60,000 nt of DNA, taken from assembly GCF_037042905.1 (NCBI RefSeq), contig NC_087251.1:39682001-39742000 (forward strand). The letters are read 5' to 3'. The notes beneath the pieces were generated by a model. That model ran no database searches. It worked only from the letters and a program-made list of their open reading frames with translations, and had not been told where the DNA came from. The translations under genes were made by a program, and so were the position numbers. The stretch comes from Lytechinus pictus. Its lineage: Eukaryota. This document shows, in pieces, positions 13,166-24,655 of the stretch (its first letter is position 1; each line of letters begins with the position of its first letter).

Positions 13166-14847
13166 ATTAAAACACATAACACTTGGACTATAGCGTATAT
13201 ATCTAGATCTAATCACAGACTCTGGCGTACATAGATCTGGAACTAAATGTAAGTAGATCTAGATCTACATCAAAAGTAGATTTAAATTTCATTTTTGTTA
13301 AACCTACCATTCTGCGAAATTTCAATGTTATTGAATCATATTATCATACAAGTGTTAGATCTAAACTAAAGCTGTCTTGACCCAGGGTTTTTTTAATGGT
13401 TTCATGACATTTGCTCTGACGACAAATGCCCCGATGAAAAATCTACACGTTAGGCCAAACAAAAGCTAACCTCCAATAAATAAATCCTTAACTTAGACCC
13501 TGACTTAGTGACTGAAATAATACTAGGCCTAGCCCTAGGGCTAGGCCTATATAGATTATACAGGAGGTCGCTTTGTTGTAGCCTTGTAGGCCTAAGTAAG
13601 TTTAGTCTAGGTCTATAAACCTAAGCTAGAGAATAGATAGGATAAGAGGTAGAAAAGTTTTCTTTTAGCTTTAGCCAAGACCTGTAGGCCCTACTACTGT
13701 AGGCCTATTATTAACTTTCAAGTTTAGAAAAATAAAAATAAAACATGAAAAGAACTATAAATAAGTTTGGACTTTGCCTTTGGGAAATGAAACATCTTTA
13801 TAAAATTAAAAAATCAAGCATGTGAATTCAAAGAAGGGAACGGGTTAATGGAGTGAATGTCTTTCTATAGAGTCAATATGGATGCGCGATAGATCCCAGA
13901 CAACGTCTAGCCTAAACGTTAAAGGGACTATATCTAGTTCTTTCCTAACCCAGGGGTTGTTGTTGTTGTTCGGCACGCGGGCCGGAGCCCCGTGGGTTAG
14001 TTCTTTCCATGCGCTTATGCCTGCCGAGATCTCGGTAGGCGTCGAAATTTCAGAGAAATTAACTCTCGCCCAAAAGTCTGGCGTGATAATTAATACGAGG
14101 TCTCAAATGGTAGCAGATGGAGATTTACATGTAATCTAGCCTACATTTTTAGCTCACGACGATGGAAATAGTTTTGAGTTTTCGCAAGTCGTTTGCTTCC
14201 TAATTATTCACTTTTTATAAACACAAATTAATTCATGTTGTACCCAGACTTCTCAAGATCCATATAACATTAGATCTTTTGATTTATTTTTGTAAATGAA
14301 TTAAAATTCAGCGTTAATCTGACAGTACTCACCGAAAATCTTTCAAGGATATAATCTTCTTCTGTGTGGGTGACGTCATCTTTCAGCCTTTAATTAAGCG
14401 GAAGTGACGATGGGGTCAAATTATGACGTACGAATTTCAATAGAAAAATACATTATTCATAAGGTAAGGTCCAATCAAATCACAGTATCTTGCGAGTACG
14501 AAAAGAAAAAATAAATGATTCATTAGCAATATGCAAATGGGGCTTAGGATTCGGTTCAAATGTCTCCCAGGGGGTGTGGCCGAAAGTGGTAAAAAATACG
14601 CTTATCACCATGGAGCTTCTATGGAGTATCTGTACGTTATATGCAAATGTTATTTAAATGAGGCTTTTCCGCGGGTGCTACCTTTCAGTCTATACGTATT
14701 TATTTGTCTATGGTTCGAAGTGTACACAGCATATACATATGGTAGCACATCGAGCAGCACGCGCGCGTTCAACTGATACCAAGCTGCGCTATTTTATCCA
14801 TGGATCTGCTCAGTGCTCACTGCGACACGTTTATGCGCACGTACTCT

Positions 14848-16290
14848 GAAAAGCGACGACCAAATGAAAAGTGACGATCAAATAAAAAGCGACGATCAAA
14901 TGAAAAGTGACCATCAAATATAAATCGACCATGTATGGAATGCCGAAACCATCAACTGAAATTGTGATGATCAAATGAAAAGCGATGATCAAATGTACAG
15001 TGACCATCAAAGAAGAAGTGACGATCAAATAAAAAGTGTCCATCAAATAAAAAGTGAGCATCAAATAAAAAGTAACCATCAAATAAAAAATGAGCATCAA
15101 ATAAAAAGTGACCATCAAATAAAAAGCGACCATCAAGTAAAAATTGACCATCAAATAAAAAGTGACCATCAAATAAAAATCGATCATCAAATTAAAAGTG
15201 AGCATCAAATGAAAAATGAGCATAAAATGAAAAGTGAGCATCAAATAAAAAGTGACCATCAAATAAAAAGTGACCGTCAAAGAAGTGATGATCAGATAAA
15301 AAGTGATGATCAAATAAAAAGTGACCATCAAATTAAAAGTGACCATCAAATAAAAAGTGACCATCAAATAAAAATCGATCATCAAATTAAAAGTGAGCAT
15401 CAAATGAAAAATGAGCATAAAATGAAAAGTTAGCATCAAATAAAAAGTGACCATCAAATAAAAAGTGACCGTCAAAGAAGTGATGATCAGATAAAAAGTG
15501 ATGATCAAATAAAAAGTGACCATCAAATTAAAAGTGACCATCAAATAAAAAGTGAGCAACAAAAAAGCGACCATCAAATTAAAAGTGACCATCAAATAAA
15601 AACTGAGCATCAAATTAAAAATGACCATCAAATAAAAAGTGACCATCAAATTTAAAGTGACCATCAAATAAAAAGTGACCATTAAATAAAAAGCGACCAT
15701 CAAATTAAAAGTGACCATCAAATAAAAATTGATGATCAAATTAAAAGTGACCATCAAATTAAAAGTGACCATCAAATTAAAAGTGACCATCAAATAAGTG
15801 ATCATCAAATAAAAGGTGCCCATCAAATTAAAAGCGACCATCAAATGAAAAGTGACCATCAAATGAAAAGTGACCATCAAATAAAAAGTGACCATCAAAT
15901 AAAAAGTGACCATCAAATTAAGTGATCAAATAAAAAGTGACCATCAAACAAAAAGTGACCATCAAATGAAAAGCGATAAATAAATTGAAAGTGACCATCA
16001 TCAAATCTAAAGTGGCCATCATCAGTTCAAAAGTGGCCACTATCGAATCAAAAGCAACCATCATCAAATCAGAAGCAGCCATCATCAAATCAAAAGTGGC
16101 CACTATCGAATCAAAAGCAGCCATCATCAAATCAAAAGCAGCCATCATCGAATCAAAAGCAGCCGCCATCAAGTCAAAAGTGGCCGTCATGAAGTCAAAA
16201 GTAACCGTCATCAAATAAAGAGCAAGTAAAAAGTGGCCGTCATCAAGTCAAAAGTAACCGTCATCAAATAAAAAGTGGCTGCCATCAACT
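14848..16290 (-). repeat. Right-arm minisatellite, reverse complement of the left-arm array
   Basis: GTGACCATCAAATAAAAA 18-mers, then 21-mers; ORF 15918..16214(-) nearly identical to 7980..8276(+). Confidence 0.95.
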
Positions 16291-17870
16291 TACAGGTGTC
16301 CTTTTGGCGCGCACATCAGGAACGCCGAAAGGACAACATTGATTTGATGTTAGAAACTGATTTGATGATGGCTGGTACAGAGGGATATGATGCTGAAAAT
16401 TGATATGATGATGGCCACTTTTGATTTACTGATGGCTGCACTTGATTTGATGATGGCTGGTACGGAGGTCCATCAAATCAAAAGTGACAGTGATCAAATT
16501 TTAGCCTTTCCGCGTTCCATAGATCAGTAGCTCATATATGGTGCCTTTGTTGTATGCGGTTGGATGTAATTGATATTAAAACATTTTATCATGTGACCCC
16601 ATCAGATACCTCTCATGAAAATATTGAGGTTCAGTGAGCTCAATATAATATGATCATATTTTTACAAATGTTTTAATAAGTGAAATCAATTGATGGTTTC
16701 AGAAAGAATAATCATTCATTCTCTCTAAAGCGGATATGAGGATATGAACATCGGATGTTTTTTTTTTCATGTTATTCTTGTTATTGTTATGGACTTGAAT
16801 AACTAAACTTGATTATTTTTTTCTTATTTTGGCAAAAAGAAATATCTTTTGAGTTTGGAAAAGGATGGCAGTTTTACATTCTATATGAGCACACTCATGC
16901 GGTACGTAAATTTCATTGTAACACATAATGTATATTAGCTGATATTACACACTGATCATGCTGATGGTTCAAGAAAATGTTGGAGAAATATCATGACATG
17001 ACAGTTGAGTTTTGATTGTTTTAATGTTTGTTTTTGTTTCATGCACTTATAAAGTATTTAAAACATGTTAAAATCCAGGGTTAAAATCGTCTAAGGAATG
17101 ACGGTAAGCCCGATGGCACACGAGAAGCCACACAGTTTGTAATTTGTGCTAATCTTATATTTTTTGTCCGAATGTGCATTTTATCATCATGCATTAAGAA
17201 GAAAAAAGATATTGCCAGTCGGGTTAGATTTAAGAGAGAAGTTGTATACATTATGCTCAATAAACATATCACTTTGTACATGGTCCAGACATTTTTTGTC
17301 ATTTTTCTTTCGTATGGGTTTATAATAAGCTTACTTGTAACACAAATTGAATTAAAAAAAAAATTATATAAGTAAAGTACACTGCAACAATTAAGCAATT
17401 TCCAAGAACACCATGCATATCAACCACTCTCAAATGTCCTAACTTGTGATTTTAGTGGGGGTAATGTTGAAAGATCCCCATCCACAAGAACATTTGTGTC
17501 AATCACCCCCCCCCCAACCAAGAATACCGATCGACACCCATGGGCAGAGAGTATGACAAAAAGGGTTGAGAAGTACATGTACTTTGTACAGATTAGTACA
17601 GAGCTGTGAAAGGGATAAGGAAAACAGAATAAAAATCATTATTGATTTTTAAAAGTAGATTAATCTCACAAATGCGGATTTTGATGCGTGCATCAGATTT
17701 TGGAAGAAAATCTTTGCAATTGTCCTTGGAACTTTTAGTTTATTTATTTACTTTACATGGACATATAGATAATGCGTACAATTATTTTTTGTTGTTCAGC
17801 TACATTATTATCTAGCTACAGGTAGCCAGGAAATGATATTGCCAATGATGTACACGAAGCCTCTTCGATA

Positions 17871-18694
17871 AAGACCCTGACCGGTGTAAAAACAATCATA
17901 TATTAAAATAAAGGTAATGATTCTTCCAATAGTTAAAAATATTAAATAAAAATCAAAGAAACTACTCCTCCAAAGTACGCTTCGATTGAGCACCCCCATG
18001 TCGCCTGGAAATGATGACGTCACGTTGTGTCAGGAGGGTTGTGATTCTGTAGGTTTGTGTACAAAATCATTCGGTATTTTCTTCCATTTCCATGTTATGA
18101 ATCCATTTTTTTTTCGTTTTCAGATGAAAATGGCACTCAAAATTATTCACTGTTCAAATTGTTGTAAACCTACAACTATTCACTACCTTTTTTGTGATTT
18201 CTTTGTTTGGCTCTTATTGGGCCTAAATTGCTATGTCAGGAAAAGTTATTATACATAATCTAAATGCAGATAGAATTGAAATTTGCGCCAAGTAAGCAGG
18301 AAATAAATATGGCAAAAACTAGTTCAAAACTGTAGATTTCATAATTTCAAGCTTGTGGGTAAAAATATATGTGATATCCCTCTGTGATAGAAGTGAAGAG
18401 AATGAAATGCGTTATCTGGAAAGCAAAAAAATCACCCTGTTTTTCTGTGTACAAACCTATGGAATCACAACGCTTCTTACACAACGTGACGTCACGGTCT
18501 CGAGGCAGGTGAAAAGCACAATAAAGCCTATTTTCTAAGCGGGGTTCGAAGGCCGATAATTGGAATATTCTTAAGCAAATTACTCAGCTGGGAAGCGGTG
18601 AAAATTAATATAGCATACCTTGCTGTATTTAGTAGCTTATAAGCTTTCGATTGGTATATAATTTATAAATTTCATTTCGGGTCCGGTCTGGATC
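17871..18694. mobile_element. Degenerate DNA-transposon derivative (possibly Kolobok-like)
   Basis: Weak terminal symmetry AGACCCTGACCGG / CCGGTCTGGATCT; two internal TGACGTCAC motifs; TSD not intact. Confidence 0.3.
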
Positions 18695-18867
18695 TATAAA
18701 TAAACTTGAAGGCACATTTTCTCATTACCTTTGAAGTACAGTATTTATGAAATATATTTTTTGCAGCCATTATGAAAGAGCGTTATGTTCAGATCTACAT
18801 GTACCTTGCCAGTTAATTAAATTGCTAGTAACTATTCGTTTGCAGTGTAACTTTTACATGTAGTTTG

Positions 18868-20510
18868 CATAGGCGGATCCAGCTTTTGGCGAAAGGGGGG
18901 GGGGGCACCGCCAAGCGGCGCACATATTTTTGCACCATAAAAGAAAATGTTGAAAAAGGGGTAAAGTCTGACCCTGTCAAATGCTCTTTTCAAAATGTAG
19001 GATTCCCAGTCATGCCATTTTGCATGACCACACGCAGATAATATTTCCGGGGGGGGGGGGGGGGGGCAAAACTCGAACATATTTTTGAAAAATAAAAATA
19101 AAAACGATAGAGTAAACGGACCGAGCTGCTCATGCGGCGATTATTTTTTTTATAAAGTGTAATAAAAGTATTTGGTACACATCTCACATTTGCACATTTT
19201 TCATAGTTTTCATGAAATGTTAAGGGAAAAAATGTGTTTTCACAACAACTGATCGGGAATTTGCCCCCCCCCCTTCCCCCTTGCTGCGTACGACCATTCC
19301 CTGAAATCCACTTAAACATATATCATTACAACATAAAATATACATGAATTTAGACATATAATCTTTCTTAGACATATATAGAGAGAGATTGAAAAACTTA
19401 TTAAAGAAAGAAACAAGCAAAAAGTAACACAAATTATGCATGTTATGTGCGATTTCAAAATCTCGTGTCCCACTTGTGTATATTAATTGAGATGCAATTT
19501 TTTTTACTATATATACACAGGGGCGTCGATCCTTTTTTTCACATTGGGGGGGGGGGGGGCAAAATCATAAATCAACTTTCCAACGGCGCTCGATCACGCA
19601 AAACAAACAAACTCACACACACTCGTATATATATATATATATATATATATAGCTGAAATTTTTTAGTAAACTGACCTGAAAATAGGAAAAAGGTGCCTTT
19701 TAAAGACTGTTTGTAGTAACTCATGAGGAGAATACATATCTCACTACACAGATAATGCGAGTGCCGAGGGCGAGCTGAAATTTCTTTATATTCTGACCAG
19801 AAAGCTTGATATCCTCTGCATTTTGGTACCTATGATTAAGATGGGTATCTAAAAAAGAAAAAACATGCGAGCGCAAAGCGCGAGCTTAAAATTTCGATCT
19901 GACAAAAAAATGACAGTTTAATGGACGTTTTTAATAAAGAACAAGATTATATCCAACAAAAGATTATTGCAAATCGAAGCGGGACTTCTTTTGAGGTTTA
20001 GAACTGAGAACGGGACATTCTATTCACCTATTTAATCATGAAAAGTATGGGGTTTTGCTACAGAAATGGTGCGAGCGCGAAGCGCGTGCTGAAAATTTTT
20101 GTATTCCAATCTGAAAAGCGGACAATTTGAGCACGATTTTAAACAAAGAACGAGTCGTGTAGCTCAATATCGCTTGCTGATTTCTGTGTAACATTACCAT
20201 CTTATTTTATTTTTGTACATGCGGAATTATTGGAGGAGGGGGGGGGGGCAAAACGATATGTTTGCCCCCCCCCCCCCCAATTATTTCTATTGGTGGGGCG
20301 AAGGACTATCTTGGCCCCCTGACGAGCTTGAAAAAAAAGCCTTTTTTGCCCCCTGACGAGCTTGAAGACCTTTTTTTTGTTTTGCTTGTCAATTTTTTTT
20401 CCAGGTACGAAGTCCTTTATTTGTGATTGAAGACTTTTTTTTTGCTTGTCAATTTTTTTGGCGGACGGTTTTGCCCCCCCCCCCTGTGGAAAATTCCAGG
20501 TACGCCACTG
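18868..20510. mobile_element. Cluster of hAT-like non-autonomous fragments
   Basis: Several end-like motifs (CATAGGCGGATCC, CAGGGGCGTCGATCC, GGTACGCCACTG) with poly-G/poly-C subtermini and GCGAGCGCGAAGCGCG-type repeats; ends could not be paired. Confidence 0.45.
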
Positions 20511-20578
20511 TTTAAAGTGCTATACTGTACGTACAAATATGACCGACTTGTGAGTTTTGTTTTGGTCATGGTTCTTTA

Positions 20579-21750
20579 GGATTTTTTTGTTCCAGAGAGA
20601 GTTTACTCAGTCAACTTCAATAAATGCAAAAGGGAGACAATTACTGTATTCTTGTTCTACTGCAAATTCCAATTATTGTTTGGTCAGCCATATTATGAAA
20701 GAACAGTACATTTCAGATCAAACTTGCCAGTTAAAGGACAAGTCCACCCCAACAAACTGACTTGAATAGATAAAGAAAAATCAAACAAACATAACTCTGA
20801 AAATTTCATCAAAATTGGATGTAAAATAAGAAAGTTATAACAATTTCAAGTTTCGCTTAATTTTTCAAAACAGTTATATGCACATCTTAGTCAGCATGCA
20901 AATGAGGGGACCGATGACATCATTCACTTACTATTTCTTTTGTATTTTATTTTATGAAATATTTTGATTTTCTCGTCATTGTCTGTTAAAAAAGTTTCAT
21001 TCCTCCCTGAACACATGTAATTCCATTATTCTAACATTTTGTGGTTCGAGCAAAGGGGCACTAATATTATCGAATTCGTAAAAATTGAAATATTGTATTA
21101 TTCAAACAAAAACAAAAGAAATAGTGAGTGAGTGACATCATCGTCTCTCTCATTTGCATATCACCGAGTTGAGTATAGAACTGTTTTGTGAAAAATAAGC
21201 CAAATTTTAAAATGTCATAACTCTCTTATTTTACATCCGGTTTTGATGAAATTTTCACCATTATTCATGTTTGATTTGTCTCTATTTATTCAAATAATTT
21301 TTTCTGGGGTGGACTTGACCTTTAATGACTTTGACATTATTTTCCTGCTATATATTACTGTCATGCGAACAAAAGAAGCAATTCTGTGGAACAAGTTTAT
21401 GAGGAAATGTGTAAAATTGTCATTGTCATTTTACATGTGGAAATATAGAATTTCTTGCTTTTTAAGTGACTCCATTTAGGAAACTTGGGGCCATGTGACT
21501 TCAATTAAACTGGCATCATGAAGAAATTACATAATTAACCCAAATCAAGGGGAGTGTCAATTTTGAAGGATATAAAGTTGCTACCCTCTTTCCATATATA
21601 CCCAGTAGGTATATTCAAGAAGACATCGTGGCCTCGGAGGAAACTTTCGAGAGCTTTGTTCTGTTGGATCTTCAAAGTCGTTGTTCCCAACTGTTTGGAC
21701 ATATGCAGGATGGAATCTCTGATAGAATGACGTTAATTACCCGTCGCCAT
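20579..21750 (-). pseudogene. RecQ-like (SF2) helicase N-terminal remnant of the AcademH-like element
   Basis: From ATG 21750: MATGN*RHSIRDSILHMSKQLGTTTLKIQQNKALESFLRGHDVFLNIPTG, then after a 4-bp (TA)2 shift YGK (motif 0 plus Walker A). Decayed motif Ia-like VIVSLLHLL/VD*VNSLWNKKI at ~20579-20650. Confidence 0.8.
20735..21321. mobile_element. Kolobok-type MITE interrupting the helicase remnant
   Basis: TTAA TSD; TIR AGGACAAGTCCACCCC / GGGGTGGACTTGACCT; same family as 40857-41354. Confidence 0.85.
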
Positions 21751-22484
21751 CACACCATATATGAAAAAAACGAAGATATAAGTGATCAAGACTTGTCTGA
21801 TTTGGTAAACACGCAAGAAACTGAATTTGGAAACCGCGCGCTGTATAATTATGTATAGGCCTACAGTACACAATACAACCAGGGAGTTGGGAGTCTCCCT
21901 GATACAACATCACGGCAGACGGTACAGTACACAAGTCTATGGCTAATGTTGTGCTGCTTTGTGCGATCCGATTGATTATGTGTGTGTGTGTATTGTATAT
22001 GTAATCTATATACGATAGTCTACGCTCAAAAACCTTATTGTAGGTATCAGGGGAAACATACACGATCCGATTCATTTATGATGTTTTTGTGTGTTTAATT
22101 TGATTTCTTTTATAAATTATTTACAACAAAAAGTCCTTTCTTAGGTAATTAATATTCATTTTATCGGTAGATCACACCATATTTCTCAACCCAGTAATCT
22201 TCCCTGCTGTTAACAAAGACTAGCGGCTGAACGGGAGGCGTGTCCACTTTTAACGACTTTCCCTCAAAAATCTGAGGGAGTGACGTCACCGCTGAGCAAC
22301 TGTTCTAGACGATATTTTTCTCGGAGTACAGGTTTTCGGTTTTGCGCGCACACTCGGCTGGGCGTACGCACGGAATAGAACGTATATATCGGTGAAAACA
22401 AATTCGTTTAATATCGTCTAGAACTAGACTACATACAGGGAAGCATTGTCACGAAGTGCTTTGTCCATGACCTTCTCCAACTAA

Positions 22485-22928
22485 GACACCGTTCTCATTA
22501 CTGTCCTAAAACTAGGCTACTGGAAACTAGTTTAATGTGTGATGAGAACGGTCAAAGTGGTCTTGGAAGCGATCTTCCAAACCGGTTCAGAAAACCACCT
22601 CACGATGTAGTTTTGAAGATCGCTTTGCCTTGTTTAACTGGTTTTAGCGTGAGGACACGACCGTTCTTCGGGAAGCGATCTTCGCACATTTCGAGCGCGC
22701 TACTCCACAAACTGAATGTGGAATGCCTACGCTGCGGTTTCAAATTTCATGTGAAACATGTCACCTCTCTGAGAGTGTTCCCATAGCAACAAGATCGCTT
22801 TACGGGAAGTGATTTTTAAAACCTCTTTCGGGTGATCAAATGGGAACGCTAGCAAAGCGATCTTTCAAACTGGTTTCCTACCAGGTTTCCAGTAAACCAG
22901 TTTTAGAAAGTATAATGAGAACAGTGTC
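22485..22928. mobile_element. Harbinger-like MITE inserted in a smaller MITE
   Basis: TIR GACACCGTTCTCATTA / TAATGAGAACAGTGTC, flanks TAA / TAT; host MITE family (AGCCAATCAGA..CAAGGATTTCAGTAGCTT) recurs near 27850, 30620, 33016 and 42960. Confidence 0.75.
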
Positions 22929-24252
22929 TATTTTGCTCTCTCAGCCAATCACATTCAAGAATTTCCAGTAGCTTATAACATTTGTCAGTTAAAATCACCG
23001 TCTATTTGCTTCGTGAAACACCCCCCTGATCTCTCTCACTCTTTAGAATTTTGCTGAAATGAACGATTTGCTTGCAAGGATGAGCAACATCCATTCTACA
23101 TCTCAGTCGGTTTCTTTGTTGGGATTAGTCATATCGTATGAGAACACACCCATGCTTCATACGCACCGAAATTGCAGAACTTCAAGACATTATTTGCTGT
23201 CATAAAATTCTTCAGGTTGTCCTGCAATTTATTTCTTGTGGTTATTTGGTTTAATTTTGTTAATATTTGAAATATCATCAAAAAGGTTGTGCAATATGGA
23301 AGAAATCAAATTCACTTGAAATGTCACATTGATGGTGGTGTGGATAAAAGAGGGAATTACTTGTAATGCTCAGCTATGTTTTGCCTGAATTGAATAAATT
23401 CATCAGATTGCTGGACCAGAGATTATATATTTGAATGGTATAAGTTTGGAGAAAAAAGACAGATCTATTCCATATTCATCATTGCATATTATCACAAGTA
23501 TTAGAAGTCTTGAAAAATCTTTTCAAATGAGGCAGTTGTTGAAAAGGGAATTCTTGCTAAATCAAGTTATTTACGTCATTTAAGAAAAGGATTCAGCCTT
23601 ATCACTGTGATTAGTCCGTAAATCTTTTGTTAATTAAAAAATCAAGTTTTACTGATTGCAAGTGATATATTGTTTGTATGGAATAAAGCTTTTGACTTAT
23701 TAACTTGTTGCTATATAAAAAGTGATTTCAAAGGGTAAAAAGTATTTTTGCATAGGTATCTAGAGAACAACTGAGACAAACATGTAAAATATTAAATTTC
23801 CCCAAAAAAGTATTATCTCTTTTTTATGAGCATAGAATTCCCTGAAAAATCTTTGATCTCCATACATTTATGAGTAGTATATTTCAGTTGGTCACCTTTA
23901 CGAGAGCAGTGTCACCGTTTCCAATGAGCAAACACTAATACATTTTAGATTCATAGACTTTGGTTTTGTGATCATATTCTGTATACTTATCCAACCTTCA
24001 AGGCACTGAATTCATTGATAGTATGAAAGGATATAATTTCAGGTGATTCATTCTTCGTTTGTATTAATACCCGGAAGAAAATTCAAGAAACAAACCCGGC
24101 TTGTGTGATCTTTTCTTTTATTGGTGTGAAAAGGTATTCTAGTATAACATTTGCCATCTATAGTTTCCTGTGATTCGTGCAAATCTTGAAATTCGCCTTT
24201 AAGTCTGAGTTGAGAATGCAGGGATTCTTCTAGGGCAGCTGGGGTTGAAATG

Positions 24253-24655
24253 GTTTTTGTCTCCCCAGTCCGCCGTCCGTCCGTCACAAACATTATGACA
24301 CATAACTCTGCAAGCGTAAGTCATTTTTTAACCAAACTTGGATGGTAGATGTACTTAGGGGGCCTGCTTGTTATGCTGCAGTCAGAGGTCACATGTTAAG
24401 GTCGAAGGTCATTTTCAGGTCAACGTTAAAGTTTACATGGAAGATTCTATTATGACACATAACTCTGCAACTGTAAGTCACTTTTCAACAAATCTTGGAT
24501 GGTAGATGTACTTAGGGGACCTGCATGTTATGCTGCAGTCAGAGGTCACATGGTAAGGTCAAAGGTAATTTTAAGGTCAACGTTAAAGTTTACATGCAAG
24601 ACTCTCTTATGACACATAACTTTGCAACCGTACGTCACTTTCAAATCAAACTTGG
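24253..24655 (+). mobile_element. Truncated Helentron/HINE-like element with ~157-bp tandem units
   Basis: TTTTTGTCTC start, (CGTC)n microsatellite, ~2.3 copies of a unit shared with 44009-44360. Confidence 0.65.

Larger units (their letters stand above)
7631..16521. mobile_element. 8.9-kb foldback-type DNA transposon (IS3EU-like termini), no intact transposase seen
   Basis: Inverted arms ~7631-9405 and ~14802-16521, termini TATGGAACGCGG / CCGCGTTCCATA, 6-bp TSD GATCAG at 7625-7630 and 16522-16527. Confidence 0.9.
6020..17542. mobile_element. hAT-like non-autonomous element nested in the AcademH-like element
   Basis: 14-bp TIR CATGGGTGTCGATC / GATCGACACCCATG with subterminal poly-G/poly-C; degenerate 8-bp TSD GTCAAAGA / GGCAGAGA (6/8). 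Confidence 0.65.
5230..22431. mobile_element. 17.2-kb DNA transposon, AcademH-like, non-autonomous, carrying nested insertions
   Basis: 151-bp TIRs at 5230-5380 and 22281-22431 (2 mismatches by eye) starting TAGTCTAGTTCTAGAC; perfect 9-bp TSD CATACAGGG at 5221-5229 and 22432-22440; internal RecQ-like helicase remnant. Confidence 0.9.

Noticed and set aside
7976..16218. Repetitive ORFs (YLMVTF, IKSDHQ, SKAAIIK repeats, up to 361 aa) and a CRISPR-like appearance
   Set aside because: Units of 18 and 21 bp are multiples of 3, so frames stay open on both strands. The ORFs are mirrored in the two TIR arms, there are no unique spacers and no cas genes, and the DNA is eukaryotic.
21628..21858. + strand 76-aa ORF as a transposase fragment
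   Set aside because: The opposite strand carries clear helicase motifs, so this ORF is an antisense by-product.
5230..22431. MULE or Polinton assignment for the large element
   Set aside because: TAG termini plus the RecQ-like remnant favour AcademH. There are no Polinton genes, AG termini or 6-bp TSD. MULE is not fully excluded.
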